From Candidatus Latescibacterota bacterium (GTDB taxonomy: Bacteria; Latescibacterota; UBA2968; UBA8231): a DNA stretch of 64,000 nucleotides. This document shows, in pieces, positions 38,120-48,783 of the stretch; positions within the stretch are counted from its first letter, which is position 1; every line of letters starts with the position of its first letter. Position numbers and translations under genes: made by a program. The notes below the pieces were generated by a model. That model was not told the DNA's origin and searched no databases. It was given only the letters and a program-made list of their open reading frames with translations. The stretch covers positions 6,208,001 to 6,272,000 of the forward strand of contig OZ253462.1 of NCBI GenBank assembly GCA_965261395.1, read 5' to 3'.

Positions 38120-40783
38120 GTGAGACCAAAGACCGGATTGTATTGCGGTCTCCTATTGTTGTGGAGCGCGGTCGGCGCGCCAACCGTTGCGCAGGGCCAG
38201 TACGGGACGCGCTTGGGCTTGCAGCTCGGCGACCAGACTAGTCTCGCGCCCCAAGGCCCAGGGGTGTCTCTGAACGCGCTCGACCCGGCCGTGCGCCGTT
38301 GGTACGTGCCGCAGGAGCTGTACAGCGAGTACCAATGGCGGCAGTGGGAATACACCAACTATGCGCGCAATCCGTATGCGCGCTACGTGGAAACAACCTT
38401 GGAGGGCGATTACTTCTACGATCTGTACGGCAATTTCCTCACCCGTGGCTGGCTGATTTTCAACAACTCGCAGAGCAAGCCCCAGCAGTTCGGCAACGTG
38501 CTGTTCAAGTCCTCCCGCTTCCAGAACTGGTTTTCCGAAGTCGTGGTGGCCCAAGACAACAAGGGCCAATACTTCTACACCTTGACGGCGAGCAGCCGCC
38601 TGCGCTCGGTGCTGTCGCCGATGGTGTTTGCCAAGGCCCGCATGGACGGCGTGCAGTTCGACCTCGCTACCGACCGCTACGAAGCCACCTTTTTGTTTTC
38701 GCGGCTGAGCAATCCAGGTGGCGGCACGACCGGGGACCGCGAGGTGCTGCGGACCAACAACACCATCTTGGCGGGCGGGCGATTGGGGGTCCAGCTCGGC
38801 GACTTTGCGGAAGTCGCGCTGCACATGGCCAACGCCCACCAGTCGCATACCTTGCTCGACAAGCAGGCTGGCAACCCATTCGCCGGCTCGCTGACCATCG
38901 GGCAAAACAAAACCATCTCGCTGGTCAAGCTGGTGCTGCGCGACGACTCGCCCGAAGACGGCGTGGGCGGCGCGGCGTTTTTTCCCGATGCGTCGGACGT
39001 GCAGATCACCTATCGCGATGGCTCGGCGGAATCGGGCAAGGCCATTGGCTTTGAGCCGGTCATCGAAGGTGGCTTCTTGCAGCAGGGCTTTGTCGCGGCC
39101 AACGGGCCGGAGGAGATGCGGCTGGTGTACGACTTCGACAGTCCGGCCTTTGTCGATCAGGCCCGTTTTGCCAAGGACGAAATCGCCCAAGTCGAATTCC
39201 TGCTGACGCTGGGCAACGACTACCAGGTTTGGATGACCTCGGACCGCCAGATCAACCTCGATGGCCAGGAGGTCTTGCTGCTCGTCGCGCAGGCCGAGGG
39301 CAATGTTCAGGACATCACCAATTTGCAGACCATCCGCTTCGAGTACGGCCTGCCCACGGCGACTCATATCTTTGGCGGCAGCGTCGAGTTGCAGGATCTG
39401 CGGGGCTTCGACGTGTACGGCGAGTACGACCTGAGCTGGAGCTATCGGAAGTACCCCAACGTGCTCAAGGAGACCCACGAGGCCTTCTCAGGGATTGGCG
39501 GCCGGCCCTCGGCACCCGCTTGGATGGTCAACGTGTCCAAAAAGGCCGCTCCCTACTTCGCCTTCGGTGAGTTTTACAGCATGGATCCGCGCTACAACAC
39601 CCAGACCTTTATCACCTCGGGCACTGGGGATTTCGACTACGACAACGAGCGCGGCTTGGTCGATTTGGTCGATGACAACGACGATCAGGACAAATTCCCG
39701 GACAACGTGCGCTTCGACTTTCTCAGTGGCGATCAGCAGGTCTTTCCGGGCTGGGATCAAAACAACGACTTCGTGCCCGACTTCAACCAAAACGACACGT
39801 TCGTGCGCTCGAATACCGAGCCGGACTACGAGGAGGCTTTTCTGCGGTTTTACGTCGATCGGCCCGAGTTTCTCTTTGGCGTCGATATGAACAACAACTT
39901 TTGGGTGGATCAATACGAAAACGACGAGGAGCCGGATTATCCGTATCGCCGGGATCACCGGGGATTCAACATCCACCTCGGGGCCGACATCACGCCACGG
40001 GCGCGCTTGGTGGTGGGCGCACTGCGCGAGGGGCTGATTTCCTCGGCGCGCAAAAACGAGAGCAATTACCTGATGTTCACCTGCGAGCGCGATGAGTCGC
40101 GGCTGGGTCGCTTCCGGGTGTTTGAGATGAGCAAGTTGGTCAAGGACGACATTCCCAACCCGTTGTTGCAGTGGGCACCCGACAATACGCTGCGCGGCGG
40201 CGAGCTGACCAAGGTCGAGGACCCGCTGTTGGCGCGCGACACCTGGGTCAATCAGCTTTTTGTCGGCCACAATCTACAGGTGGCGGCGCTCTTTTTGACC
40301 ACTAAGATGCACTGGCTCTACTTCCATCAGCAGATGGAAAAAGCCCAGCGGCAGCAGTACGGCTTGGCACCTTCTGACTTCTTCTTCGGCCTGATCAACA
40401 AAGCGAGCTATCGCTTCCAACTCGGGGCGTGGTCTTTGGAGCCGCGTTGGAAAAGCGAGCTACGCAAGCAGAGCCGCAGCTTGCTCTCACTCAATAGCCA
40501 CACCAGCCTGATGGAGCTGTTTTCGGGCTTGGTGGAGACGCAGGTCTTGCAGGTTACTAAGCTCCAGGCCGGGGTGGAGTATGCGATCTTCAACGATTTC
40601 GACGCCAACGACTTCGACTTCGACGCGGTGACCGTAGCCGTCCAGTTTAGCAATGAGTCCAACTATCTCGGCTACAAGCTCCGCGCGCTGACCGGCATGA
40701 AAGTAGAGCGCAAGCAGTTCACTGGGCAGCAGGCGCGGACGACCAACGAATCCTTTGTGACGATTTACGCGGGGCTGAACTAG
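38120..40783 (+). CDS. ~890-aa exported hypothetical protein, putative outer-membrane beta-barrel (paralog B1)
   Basis: AAGGAGG RBS before GTG; signal peptide; amphipathic beta strands; DDNDDQD/WDQNND acidic loops; ends FVTIYAGLN. Confidence 0.65.
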   Translation: MRPKTGLYCGLLLLWSAVGAPTVAQGQYGTRLGLQLGDQTSLAPQGPGVSLNALDPAVRRWYVPQELYSEYQWRQWEYTNYARNPYARYVETTLEGDYFYDLYGNFLTRGWLIFNNSQSKPQQFGNVLFKSSRFQNWFSEVVVAQDNKGQYFYTLTASSRLRSVLSPMVFAKARMDGVQFDLATDRYEATFLFSRLSNPGGGTTGDREVLRTNNTILAGGRLGVQLGDFAEVALHMANAHQSHTLLDKQAGNPFAGSLTIGQNKTISLVKLVLRDDSPEDGVGGAAFFPDASDVQITYRDGSAESGKAIGFEPVIEGGFLQQGFVAANGPEEMRLVYDFDSPAFVDQARFAKDEIAQVEFLLTLGNDYQVWMTSDRQINLDGQEVLLLVAQAEGNVQDITNLQTIRFEYGLPTATHIFGGSVELQDLRGFDVYGEYDLSWSYRKYPNVLKETHEAFSGIGGRPSAPAWMVNVSKKAAPYFAFGEFYSMDPRYNTQTFITSGTGDFDYDNERGLVDLVDDNDDQDKFPDNVRFDFLSGDQQVFPGWDQNNDFVPDFNQNDTFVRSNTEPDYEEAFLRFYVDRPEFLFGVDMNNNFWVDQYENDEEPDYPYRRDHRGFNIHLGADITPRARLVVGALREGLISSARKNESNYLMFTCERDESRLGRFRVFEMSKLVKDDIPNPLLQWAPDNTLRGGELTKVEDPLLARDTWVNQLFVGHNLQVAALFLTTKMHWLYFHQQMEKAQRQQYGLAPSDFFFGLINKASYRFQLGAWSLEPRWKSELRKQSRSLLSLNSHTSLMELFSGLVETQVLQVTKLQAGVEYAIFNDFDANDFDFDAVTVAVQFSNESNYLGYKLRALTGMKVERKQFTGQQARTTNESFVTIYAGLN

Positions 40784-41848
40784 ATGCACCGGCTAGCAGC
40801 CATATTGGCCCAGCGCGGGCGCGTCTGGCCAAAGGCCGCGGTCTTAATCGCGCTCAGTATCGGTCTCAGTGCGTGCGATGGGAAATCGCCAGGGGAGCAA
40901 CACTACTGGTCAGGCCATGCATACCAAGAGCAGGGCATGAAAGCCAACGCCCTGCGCGAGTACCGGAGTGCAATCGAGGTAGGGATTGATTCTCCCGCCG
41001 CCTATTACGCGCTCGGAGCGCTCTATGGCGAAAAGGACGAGCACGGCAAGGCCATTGCTGTGTACCGCGAACTCGTGGAGCGCTGGCCCGGAGAACGTCG
41101 CGCGCAGGAGTTGCTGGCGGCCCGCTATGTAGATGCCGGGCAGTCGGTCGCAGCCGCCAGTCTCTATCGGACCCTGCTGGACCAAGGTGGCGATCCCGCC
41201 GCGTTGCTCGGTTGCCTAGGCGACGCACAGAGCCTGAGTGGCGACCTGCAGAGTGCCGCCCAGTCCTACGGCGACTTGCTGGTGCTGCGTCCCGACAGCA
41301 GCCGGGCCCGGTACCAGCTAGCGCGCATTCACGAGGCCGAAGGCCGGGTCGAACCGGCGATTGCGGCCTACGCTGAGCTGTTGGGCCAAAAGTCCTATGC
41401 GCGGCAAGCGGCCTTGGGGCTGGCGGACCTCCTCATTGAAATGGACCGCCGCAGCGGCGAGTTGGGCCGCGCAAGGGCAGAGGGCTGGTGGCGGCAGCAA
41501 GGGCTGGTCGGGGAGGAAGCCATGCAAAAGGCGGAAGCGCAGCTCGAGGCCGCGCTGGGGGAAAGGCCCGATTCAAGCGCCGACTTATGGGGGCTGGGCA
41601 AGCTGTTCTTTTGGCAGGGGCGCTACCAAGAGGCCCTCGTCTGTGTCGCCGCGCTGGCTGAGACCACCCCGGATGACTATCGGGTGTATTTCTTTCTGAG
41701 CAAGCTCTACGGACTGCTGGGCGAGGAAGAGGCCGCACGGGAAGCTTTTGCCCAGTACCAGCACCAAGAGCAGCGCGCCAAAGTCGCCGCGCGCGTCCAA
41801 ACCGAGAGAGACGTGTTGCTGAAACAATTGTCGGGGAAAACGCCATGA
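40784..41848 (+). CDS. TPR lipoprotein
   Basis: LSAC lipobox; AYYALGALY, ARYQLARIH, WGLGKLF TPR units. Confidence 0.8.
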   Translation: MHRLAAILAQRGRVWPKAAVLIALSIGLSACDGKSPGEQHYWSGHAYQEQGMKANALREYRSAIEVGIDSPAAYYALGALYGEKDEHGKAIAVYRELVERWPGERRAQELLAARYVDAGQSVAAASLYRTLLDQGGDPAALLGCLGDAQSLSGDLQSAAQSYGDLLVLRPDSSRARYQLARIHEAEGRVEPAIAAYAELLGQKSYARQAALGLADLLIEMDRRSGELGRARAEGWWRQQGLVGEEAMQKAEAQLEAALGERPDSSADLWGLGKLFFWQGRYQEALVCVAALAETTPDDYRVYFFLSKLYGLLGEEEAAREAFAQYQHQEQRAKVAARVQTERDVLLKQLSGKTP

Positions 41849-43893
41849 AAGCCGCGTTGCTGATTGGAGTCCTAACTGCGTGCTTGGTGCAACCGCTAGC
41901 GGCCCGACAAATCCTGCTCATCGGGCAGGACGGGCAGATTTCGTGGACCGGGCGGGTCGAAGGGGCCGAGGGCATCTCGACTATTCGGCCCGAGCACCGC
42001 TCCTTTCTCGACCCCAACATCACTGAGATAGGCCATGCGCCGGCCGACTTGATCGAGTTTGACAGCGCGGATTTTCCGGGCAGCATCTTGCCGCGACGGG
42101 TGGGTGCCGAGCAGAATTTGGCCACAGAAGTGCTGGAGCGCGGCGGCTCGCTGCGCGCACCGACCGTCTTCGACCTGACCGCCTTGCAGTTACAGGTGAT
42201 TTTCGAGGACATGCTCGCGGCCGATCCGACCGGGCAGGCATTCGAGCGCAAAGAAGACGACATTTTGGGGACCCAGATCATTCTCGACCTAGGCGCGCGC
42301 TTTGGGGTCAATCGGGTGCGCTTCTTCCCGCGCAACACGGTCTTTCTCTCGCCCGGCACCCCCTTTCAAAACGACTTTTTGAAAAACTTTGAAGTGGAGA
42401 TCAACGACGGCTTGGTGCTGACCAACTCGGGCAACCCGATTTGGGAAACCTATGCCGTGCGCGACGACAACAGCGACCGGATCACCGAAGTGCTCATCGA
42501 CCCGCCGCGCTACATCCGCTTCATCCGCCTGCGGGCCATGTCGGCCATTCCCTTTGAGATCGAGAAGCTCCAGGTCTTTGGCGAGGGGTTCTTTCCGACG
42601 GCGCGCTATATCTCGCCGATCATCGACATGGGCAGTCCGGCCAATTGGGGCCTCATCCGCACCTTGCAGCAGCAAGTAGGCGCTGCGGACATGGCCGACA
42701 TGCAGTTGCGCACCCGCAGCGGCCACGACCCCAGTCCCCTGGCGTACACCCGCAAGCAGGTGGCTCTGCAAGATGCCCCTGAGATCCCGTTGTCCGTGGG
42801 CAATCCGGGCGAGCCGCTGCTGCGCAACGAGTACTTAAAGCTGCCCGAGCGCGGGCGTCAGGGCGACGATTGGGAGCGCGGCTCAGTGCGCGACGACTTG
42901 GCGAATTGGAGCCCGTGGACCTCGCCTTATGCGCTGGAGGAGCTGGCTGCGGGCACGCAGATTCTCTCGCCTGGCCCCAGCCGCTACTTCCAATTTCGCG
43001 TGGAATTCCAGAGCCAGCACTTGGAGGCGAGCCACATTCTCCAACAGATCGGCCTCGAATTTTCCTCGCCGCCGCTGGCCGATGCCCTCATCGGCGAGAT
43101 CTTCCCCCGCGAGGTTCCGGCCGCGGCGGACGTGCCCTTTGTGTACGCGGTGCGGGCGGAGATGGAGAGCGATCAAGTGCAGGGTTTCAACAGCTTTGAG
43201 GTGTTTACTCCGAGTCGCGTGGGCCGCGTCGAGCGGATCGAGGTTATCGACGCCAGCGGCCAACAGGTGCTCGACCACGCCTTTGCGGTCGCCGATGGGG
43301 TTACAACCGAAGGCGAGGTCGCTATCACCGCCATTGACGACCAGCGCTTTGCAGTAAGTTTCCCGGCCATAAACCAGCACGACGCCGTGCTGAAAATCCA
43401 CTTCGTCAGCCGGGTGCTGGCCTTTAGCACTCGCTTTGGCGGTCGCGCCCTGCTGCTAGAGGAGGATGCCTTTCAGGGTATTACTCCGGGCAACGCGGCC
43501 TTGTTGGAGGAGAGCGACGTGGCGACCGAATCGGGGACGACGGTGCTGAGCCGGGCGGTGAACCAGGGCAGCTTGATCGGCCACTTCGCCCTCGGCAGCG
43601 AAGTCTTGACGCCCAATGGGGACGGGGTGAACGATGTCCTCGACGTCAATTTTGAGGTGCTGGCGGTTATCGGCAAAGCGCGGATTGTGATTGACCTGTG
43701 GGATTTAGGGGGTCGGCGGGTGCGCCGCCTCTTTGAGGCCGAGGGGCAAAACGGCGTGTACGACGCCGTGCATTGGGACGGTACAGATGAGCGGGGCCAG
43801 CGCGTTGCCCCCGGCATCTACTTGGTGCGGACCGAGGTGCAAGGGGATGCGCGCAGCGGGCAGACGGTGCGGACCCTGTGCGTGGCGTACTGA
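41845..43893 (+). CDS. Secreted FlgD-Ig-tailed protein (paralog A2)
   Basis: DLGARFGVNRVRFFPR, RTRSG, WSPWT, SPGPSRYFQ, GEIFP, TPNGDGVND, ends VAY. Confidence 0.75.
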   Translation: MKAALLIGVLTACLVQPLAARQILLIGQDGQISWTGRVEGAEGISTIRPEHRSFLDPNITEIGHAPADLIEFDSADFPGSILPRRVGAEQNLATEVLERGGSLRAPTVFDLTALQLQVIFEDMLAADPTGQAFERKEDDILGTQIILDLGARFGVNRVRFFPRNTVFLSPGTPFQNDFLKNFEVEINDGLVLTNSGNPIWETYAVRDDNSDRITEVLIDPPRYIRFIRLRAMSAIPFEIEKLQVFGEGFFPTARYISPIIDMGSPANWGLIRTLQQQVGAADMADMQLRTRSGHDPSPLAYTRKQVALQDAPEIPLSVGNPGEPLLRNEYLKLPERGRQGDDWERGSVRDDLANWSPWTSPYALEELAAGTQILSPGPSRYFQFRVEFQSQHLEASHILQQIGLEFSSPPLADALIGEIFPREVPAAADVPFVYAVRAEMESDQVQGFNSFEVFTPSRVGRVERIEVIDASGQQVLDHAFAVADGVTTEGEVAITAIDDQRFAVSFPAINQHDAVLKIHFVSRVLAFSTRFGGRALLLEEDAFQGITPGNAALLEESDVATESGTTVLSRAVNQGSLIGHFALGSEVLTPNGDGVNDVLDVNFEVLAVIGKARIVIDLWDLGGRRVRRLFEAEGQNGVYDAVHWDGTDERGQRVAPGIYLVRTEVQGDARSGQTVRTLCVAY

Positions 43894-45969
43894 ATGAAAG
43901 GAGACGTCGTGCTGAATAGGATAGAGCGGATGGGCTGGCTGAGCGCGGTGCTGGCGGTGGCTTGGACCACTAGTGTGTGGGGACGCGGCGAATTTCGCCT
44001 CGGCGGCCCAGATGGCAATTCTTGGCAGGCCCTAGTCGCCGAGCAGACGGCTGCGTACGTGCTGCTCGACGCCGAGGGCGGCATCGTCGAGGAGGTGACC
44101 ATTGGCGCGGTCGCCGATGAGGTCAGTGTGCGCTTTAACACCGCGGGCGTCGATACCTTGATTGATTTTGCCGATGGCGGCCTGCGGCCGGTGTACATCG
44201 ATCCGAGCGCAAACCTGGGGCTGTCGATCAAGGAGCGCCAAGGGCACTTTTACACGGCCAGCATTTACGGCGGCACGCACTTGGTAACCGACTCCCAGCC
44301 CTTGCAGTTTCTCGTCGACGGCGATCCGACGACCGCCATGTTGGTGCGAGTGCCCGAGCCGCCGCGCTTGGCCGGCCGCAACAATCCCGGAGTGGTCAAG
44401 AACAACGTCATTCACTTGGGGGCCGAGCTGCCGATCAACCGCCTCCGCTTCTTCCCCCGGCCTGGGTTTGAGGACAACTACTTGGCTTGGTACGAAATCG
44501 GCGTGGCCGACCGCACCGCGCCGTTTTGGGACAGCAACTTTGACCGTAGCCAGCGCGGCAAGCGTTGGTACATGGTTATTGACGCGGCCTTGGGTGCGCC
44601 CAACGACCCGGCCTTTGACATCTTGGCGCGCAACCGCGAAAGCCTCGACGTGGTGGTGGATTTGCGCTTCCCCACCCGCGACCTCAAGTGGGTTGCCATC
44701 CGCCCGCTCGACCCCGAGCGTGACTGGGAAATCGCCGAGTTCGAAATCTATGGCGAGGGCTTTGTGACCCGGACGACGTACCGCACCCCGATCATGGATT
44801 TTGGCCGCGAGGTCGCCTGGAGCAAAATTCGCTGGCAAGGCGAGGTGCCCGAGGGGACTCAGCTTTTGCTCCGCACCCGCACGGGCAACACGCCGCAGCC
44901 CAACATCTACCGCACCATTGGCCCGACCGGCACCCTCGAAGTATCGACCCTCGACGAATACCTGACCCAGCTCGGCCTTCGGCGGTGGGACAATGTGGAG
45001 TTGGGCTACGACCTAGAAAATTGGAGTTCTTGGTCCGCGCCCTATGAGCTCGCCGCTGGGCTGCGGCAGACCGAACTGCCGGCGGATTTGTGGCAGGACG
45101 GCACGCCGGTGCTGTCGCCGAGTCCAGCGCGCTACTTCCAGCTAGAGGCCATCCTGCTCGCCAGCGGCGACGCGGCCCCGCGCATCGACCACATGTCCCT
45201 GCTGTTCTCCGAGGATCCAGTGGCCCAAGAGGTGGTTGGAGAGATTTGGCCGATCTCCACGCAGAGCTTTGCGGCCGAAACCTTCACCTATGTGGTGCGC
45301 CCGGTTTTGCGCGCCAGCGACTTGGGCTTTGACCGGCTGGAGATTTTCACTCAGATCCCGGTGGAACGAGTGCATTCGGTGCTCATCGACGGCGAGGAGA
45401 TCAGCGACCGCTTCCCACCCGAGATCCAAGACGACCGCCTGATAGTCTCGTTCGACCGCTTGGTGGGGCCGCGCGACAACGAGAAGCGGATTGAGGTGGT
45501 TTTCGACGCCAAGGTCTTGCGCTTTGGCGCGGACTTCAGAAGCTGGGTGTACGACAGTGCCGAACCCGAACTCAAGCAGCAGGTCGCCCCGGGCAACGCG
45601 ACGTTCCGCTTTGGCGGCGACGTAGTATCGGTGCGCACGCCCATGGGCGGCGGCCTCATCCGCAGCGTGCAGGCCACGCCGGCGACCTTTACGCCCAACG
45701 GCGACGGCGTCAACGACCAAGTCGCGATTGCCTACGAATTGCGCGACTTGGAGAGCCTGCGGCAGATCCGCTTGCGAATCTACGACCTGTCCGGTCGACT
45801 GGTGCGCCAAATCGCGGCTAGCACCGGCAGCGGTAGCTTTGCCCAAACCTGGAATGGGCGCGACGAAGAGGGCGCACTCGTGCCGCCCGGCATGTACCTC
45901 TACCAGCTCGATTGGGACACCGACAAGGGCCGCGAAGTGGCCAATGGCGCAGTGGGCGTGGCGTATTAG
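43894..45969 (+). CDS. Secreted FlgD-Ig-tailed protein (paralog A3; start may be GTG 43909)
   Basis: INRLRFFPR, RTRTG, WSSWS, SPSPARYFQ, GEIWP, FTPNGDGVND, ends VAY. Confidence 0.75.
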   Translation: MKGDVVLNRIERMGWLSAVLAVAWTTSVWGRGEFRLGGPDGNSWQALVAEQTAAYVLLDAEGGIVEEVTIGAVADEVSVRFNTAGVDTLIDFADGGLRPVYIDPSANLGLSIKERQGHFYTASIYGGTHLVTDSQPLQFLVDGDPTTAMLVRVPEPPRLAGRNNPGVVKNNVIHLGAELPINRLRFFPRPGFEDNYLAWYEIGVADRTAPFWDSNFDRSQRGKRWYMVIDAALGAPNDPAFDILARNRESLDVVVDLRFPTRDLKWVAIRPLDPERDWEIAEFEIYGEGFVTRTTYRTPIMDFGREVAWSKIRWQGEVPEGTQLLLRTRTGNTPQPNIYRTIGPTGTLEVSTLDEYLTQLGLRRWDNVELGYDLENWSSWSAPYELAAGLRQTELPADLWQDGTPVLSPSPARYFQLEAILLASGDAAPRIDHMSLLFSEDPVAQEVVGEIWPISTQSFAAETFTYVVRPVLRASDLGFDRLEIFTQIPVERVHSVLIDGEEISDRFPPEIQDDRLIVSFDRLVGPRDNEKRIEVVFDAKVLRFGADFRSWVYDSAEPELKQQVAPGNATFRFGGDVVSVRTPMGGGLIRSVQATPATFTPNGDGVNDQVAIAYELRDLESLRQIRLRIYDLSGRLVRQIAASTGSGSFAQTWNGRDEEGALVPPGMYLYQLDWDTDKGREVANGAVGVAY

Positions 45970-45978
45970 GCTGGAGAA

Positions 45979-48708
45979 TTGGCGTTGACTAGGGCTATTC
46001 ACTGTGAGAAGCTGTCTGTAAGCCCCCGGCGGACGTTTGCCTTCTGCGCCGCGTTGCTCGGCCTCGCCCTGGCCGACGGGGCTTACGGTGACCGCTTGGG
46101 ATGGCAACGGGAAGTAGCGCAAAGCCCGGAGGTGTACCTCGACGCCCTCGACCCGGCCCTGCGGCGCTGGTACGTGCCGCAGGTGATGTTTGCCGAATAC
46201 CCGTGGCGGCAGTGGGAGTACACCAACCGCGCACGGCTGCCGTATCAGCGCTACGTGAACATCGACTTGGAGGGCGATTACTTCTACGATCTATACGGGA
46301 ACTACCTGACCCAAGGCTGGCTGATCTTCAACACGGCGCAGAGGCGGCCCGAGGAGGCCGGTAGCTCCCTGTTCAAGACCCAGCGGTTTGCGCAGTGGTT
46401 CAACCAGCTGGTCATCGCCGGCGATCACAAGGGCCAATATCACTACGCGCTGACGGTGAGCAACAACCTGCGGACGACCTTGACGCCGCTGTCGTTTTCC
46501 AAGCCGCGCCTGAACGGCATGCAGATCGACCTCGCCACCGACAAATATCAACTGACCTTTCTCCACTCGCTGGTCACCGGCCCGCGCGGTTTGCAGGTGG
46601 AGGAGAGCCGCTTTACGGACGCGACTTCTCTCGTGGGAGGGCGGTTCACGGCCCAGCTAGGGGATTTCGTGGAGTTGGGCGTACATGCGGTCAACGCCCA
46701 CCAGACCAACAGCGAGTCGGATCAACTCGTAGAGACTCTGTACAAAGGCGGGCTGAACGAGCAGCAGAACGAAACCATTTCCCAGATCGCGATCGCCTTG
46801 CGGGACGACTCGCCGGAAGACGGCCGCGGCGGTGCCGCGTTCTTCCCAGACGCCTCAGACGTGATTATCACCTACCGCGACGGCACGGTGGAGTCGGGCC
46901 GCGACATTCGCTTTGGTCCGGTGATCAGCGGCGGCTTGGAGCGGCAGGGATTTCTCACTGCGGATGGCGACGGGCAGATCAGCCTGCTCTACGACTTTGA
47001 CAGCGCGTCGTTTGTCAACCGCGCCTCGGCCGATAAATCCGAGATCACGGTGGTAGAATTTCGCCTCGTGCTGGCCAACGACTACCAGATCTGGATGAGT
47101 TCGGACCAGCAGTTGGGGGAAGGCGGCGGCTTTGTAACGGTCGGTCGGCCATCGAGCACGTTTAGTTGGACGGGCGAGCGCAGCATTAGCTTGGGCGACG
47201 TATTCGGGGCGGATGTGGAGGACCCGGTTTTCTTGCTGGTGGCGCAGGCCGAGGGCAATGTGCAGGACATATCCAATCTGCGCACGGTCCGCTTTGAATA
47301 CGGCCTGCCAACGGCCACAGCGGTCGCCGGAGCCACGCTCAAGGTGGAAGACGTGCTTGGCTTCGACCTGTATGGCGAATACGACCTGAGCTGGGGCTTC
47401 CGCAAGTATCCCAATGTCGCCGAGGAGACGCACACTTCCTCAGCGGGCATTGGCGACCGGCCCAGCGCGCCGGCGTGGATGGTGAACCTGAGCAAGCACC
47501 TGGGGCGGCTGTCGCTGTTCGGGGAAGTGTATTCGATCGACCCGCGCTACAACACCCAGTCCTTTGTCACCACGACCTCGGGCCTCGATTACGCCCGGCA
47601 GGGCAACCGCTTTGACTTAGTGGAAGACAACGACGATCAAGACCGCTTCCCCGATGGGTTCCGCGCGGATTTTTTGGTCAACGACCGCTTGGTCTTTCCC
47701 GGCTGGGACCTCAACAATGACTTGGTGCCCGACTTCAACCAAAACGACAACCGGGTTAAGGCCAACGCCATTCCAGATTACGAGGAGCCGTTCCTGCGCT
47801 TCTTGGTCGATCGGCCGGAGTTCCTCTTCGGCGTGGATATGAACCACAACTTCTGGGTCGATCTATACGAAAACGACACCGAGCCGGACTACCCCTACCG
47901 CCGCGATCAACAAGGCTTCAACGTCTATGGGGGCATCGACCTGAGCCAGCACTGGCAGCTCAAGGTGGGGGCCTTGCGCGAGGAGCAGATTTCGGCAGAT
48001 CGCAAAAACCACAGCACGTATTTGCAGCTAGGCTACGAGCGGGCTTGGCCGCGGGTGGGTCGGGTGCGGCTCTTTGAGATGAGCCAGTTGGTGCAAGACG
48101 ACATTCCCGATCCGATTTTGCAGTGGCAGCCAGACAACACGCTGCGCGGCGGCAAGCTCGTGCATATCGACGATCCGCTGTTGGCGCGCGATGCTTGGGT
48201 CCACCAGCTATTCGTCGGCCATAGCCTGACCAGCGACGCGCTGTTGGTGATGAGCAAGCTAAACGGGGTCGTCTTTGCGCCGCGACAGGGCGATGCGTCG
48301 GACTTCTTCTTTGGCTTGGTCAACAAGGCCAGCTATCGCCGCACTTGGCGCGGGCTGACCCTAGCGCCGCGCTGGAAGAGCGAGTGGCGCCAACAGAGCC
48401 GGTCGCTGTTTGACCAGGAGGAGCGCACGACGCTGATGGAGCTGTTCTCGCTGCTTTTGGAGACGCAATTATTGCAGGCCACGCGGGTACAGGCCGGTGT
48501 CGAGTACGCGTTGTTCAACGACTTCGACCGCGATATGGAGAGTTTCGACTCCCTGAGCTGGGCCTTGCAGTTGGCGACCGAGTCGGCCTATTTGGGCTAC
48601 CGGATCCAGGCGTTGGCCGGCTTTGTGGTAGAGCGCAAGGCGTTTGCGGAGGCAGAGGCCGCAACGACGACCGAGACCTTTGTCACGCTATACGCCGGCT
48701 TGCAATAG
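45979..48708 (+). CDS. ~900-aa exported hypothetical protein, putative outer-membrane beta-barrel (paralog B2)
   Basis: Colinear with B1 (ALDPAxRRWYVPQ, DDSPEDG, FEYGLPTA, DMNxNFWVD); ends FVTLYAGLQ. Confidence 0.65.
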   Translation: MALTRAIHCEKLSVSPRRTFAFCAALLGLALADGAYGDRLGWQREVAQSPEVYLDALDPALRRWYVPQVMFAEYPWRQWEYTNRARLPYQRYVNIDLEGDYFYDLYGNYLTQGWLIFNTAQRRPEEAGSSLFKTQRFAQWFNQLVIAGDHKGQYHYALTVSNNLRTTLTPLSFSKPRLNGMQIDLATDKYQLTFLHSLVTGPRGLQVEESRFTDATSLVGGRFTAQLGDFVELGVHAVNAHQTNSESDQLVETLYKGGLNEQQNETISQIAIALRDDSPEDGRGGAAFFPDASDVIITYRDGTVESGRDIRFGPVISGGLERQGFLTADGDGQISLLYDFDSASFVNRASADKSEITVVEFRLVLANDYQIWMSSDQQLGEGGGFVTVGRPSSTFSWTGERSISLGDVFGADVEDPVFLLVAQAEGNVQDISNLRTVRFEYGLPTATAVAGATLKVEDVLGFDLYGEYDLSWGFRKYPNVAEETHTSSAGIGDRPSAPAWMVNLSKHLGRLSLFGEVYSIDPRYNTQSFVTTTSGLDYARQGNRFDLVEDNDDQDRFPDGFRADFLVNDRLVFPGWDLNNDLVPDFNQNDNRVKANAIPDYEEPFLRFLVDRPEFLFGVDMNHNFWVDLYENDTEPDYPYRRDQQGFNVYGGIDLSQHWQLKVGALREEQISADRKNHSTYLQLGYERAWPRVGRVRLFEMSQLVQDDIPDPILQWQPDNTLRGGKLVHIDDPLLARDAWVHQLFVGHSLTSDALLVMSKLNGVVFAPRQGDASDFFFGLVNKASYRRTWRGLTLAPRWKSEWRQQSRSLFDQEERTTLMELFSLLLETQLLQATRVQAGVEYALFNDFDRDMESFDSLSWALQLATESAYLGYRIQALAGFVVERKAFAEAEAATTTETFVTLYAGLQ

Positions 48709-48783
48709 TTGGTTGTATTTGGCGAGTCATTTGACTACATTTGCAGTTCATCGTTCATCGTTCATCTACCCAAGGAGGTAGCT

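Noticed and set aside
38153-39478. Long antisense or alternate-frame ORFs (also 10868-11719, 45142-46122, 53133-54263)
   Set aside because: Shadow ORFs expected in high-GC coding DNA; no motifs
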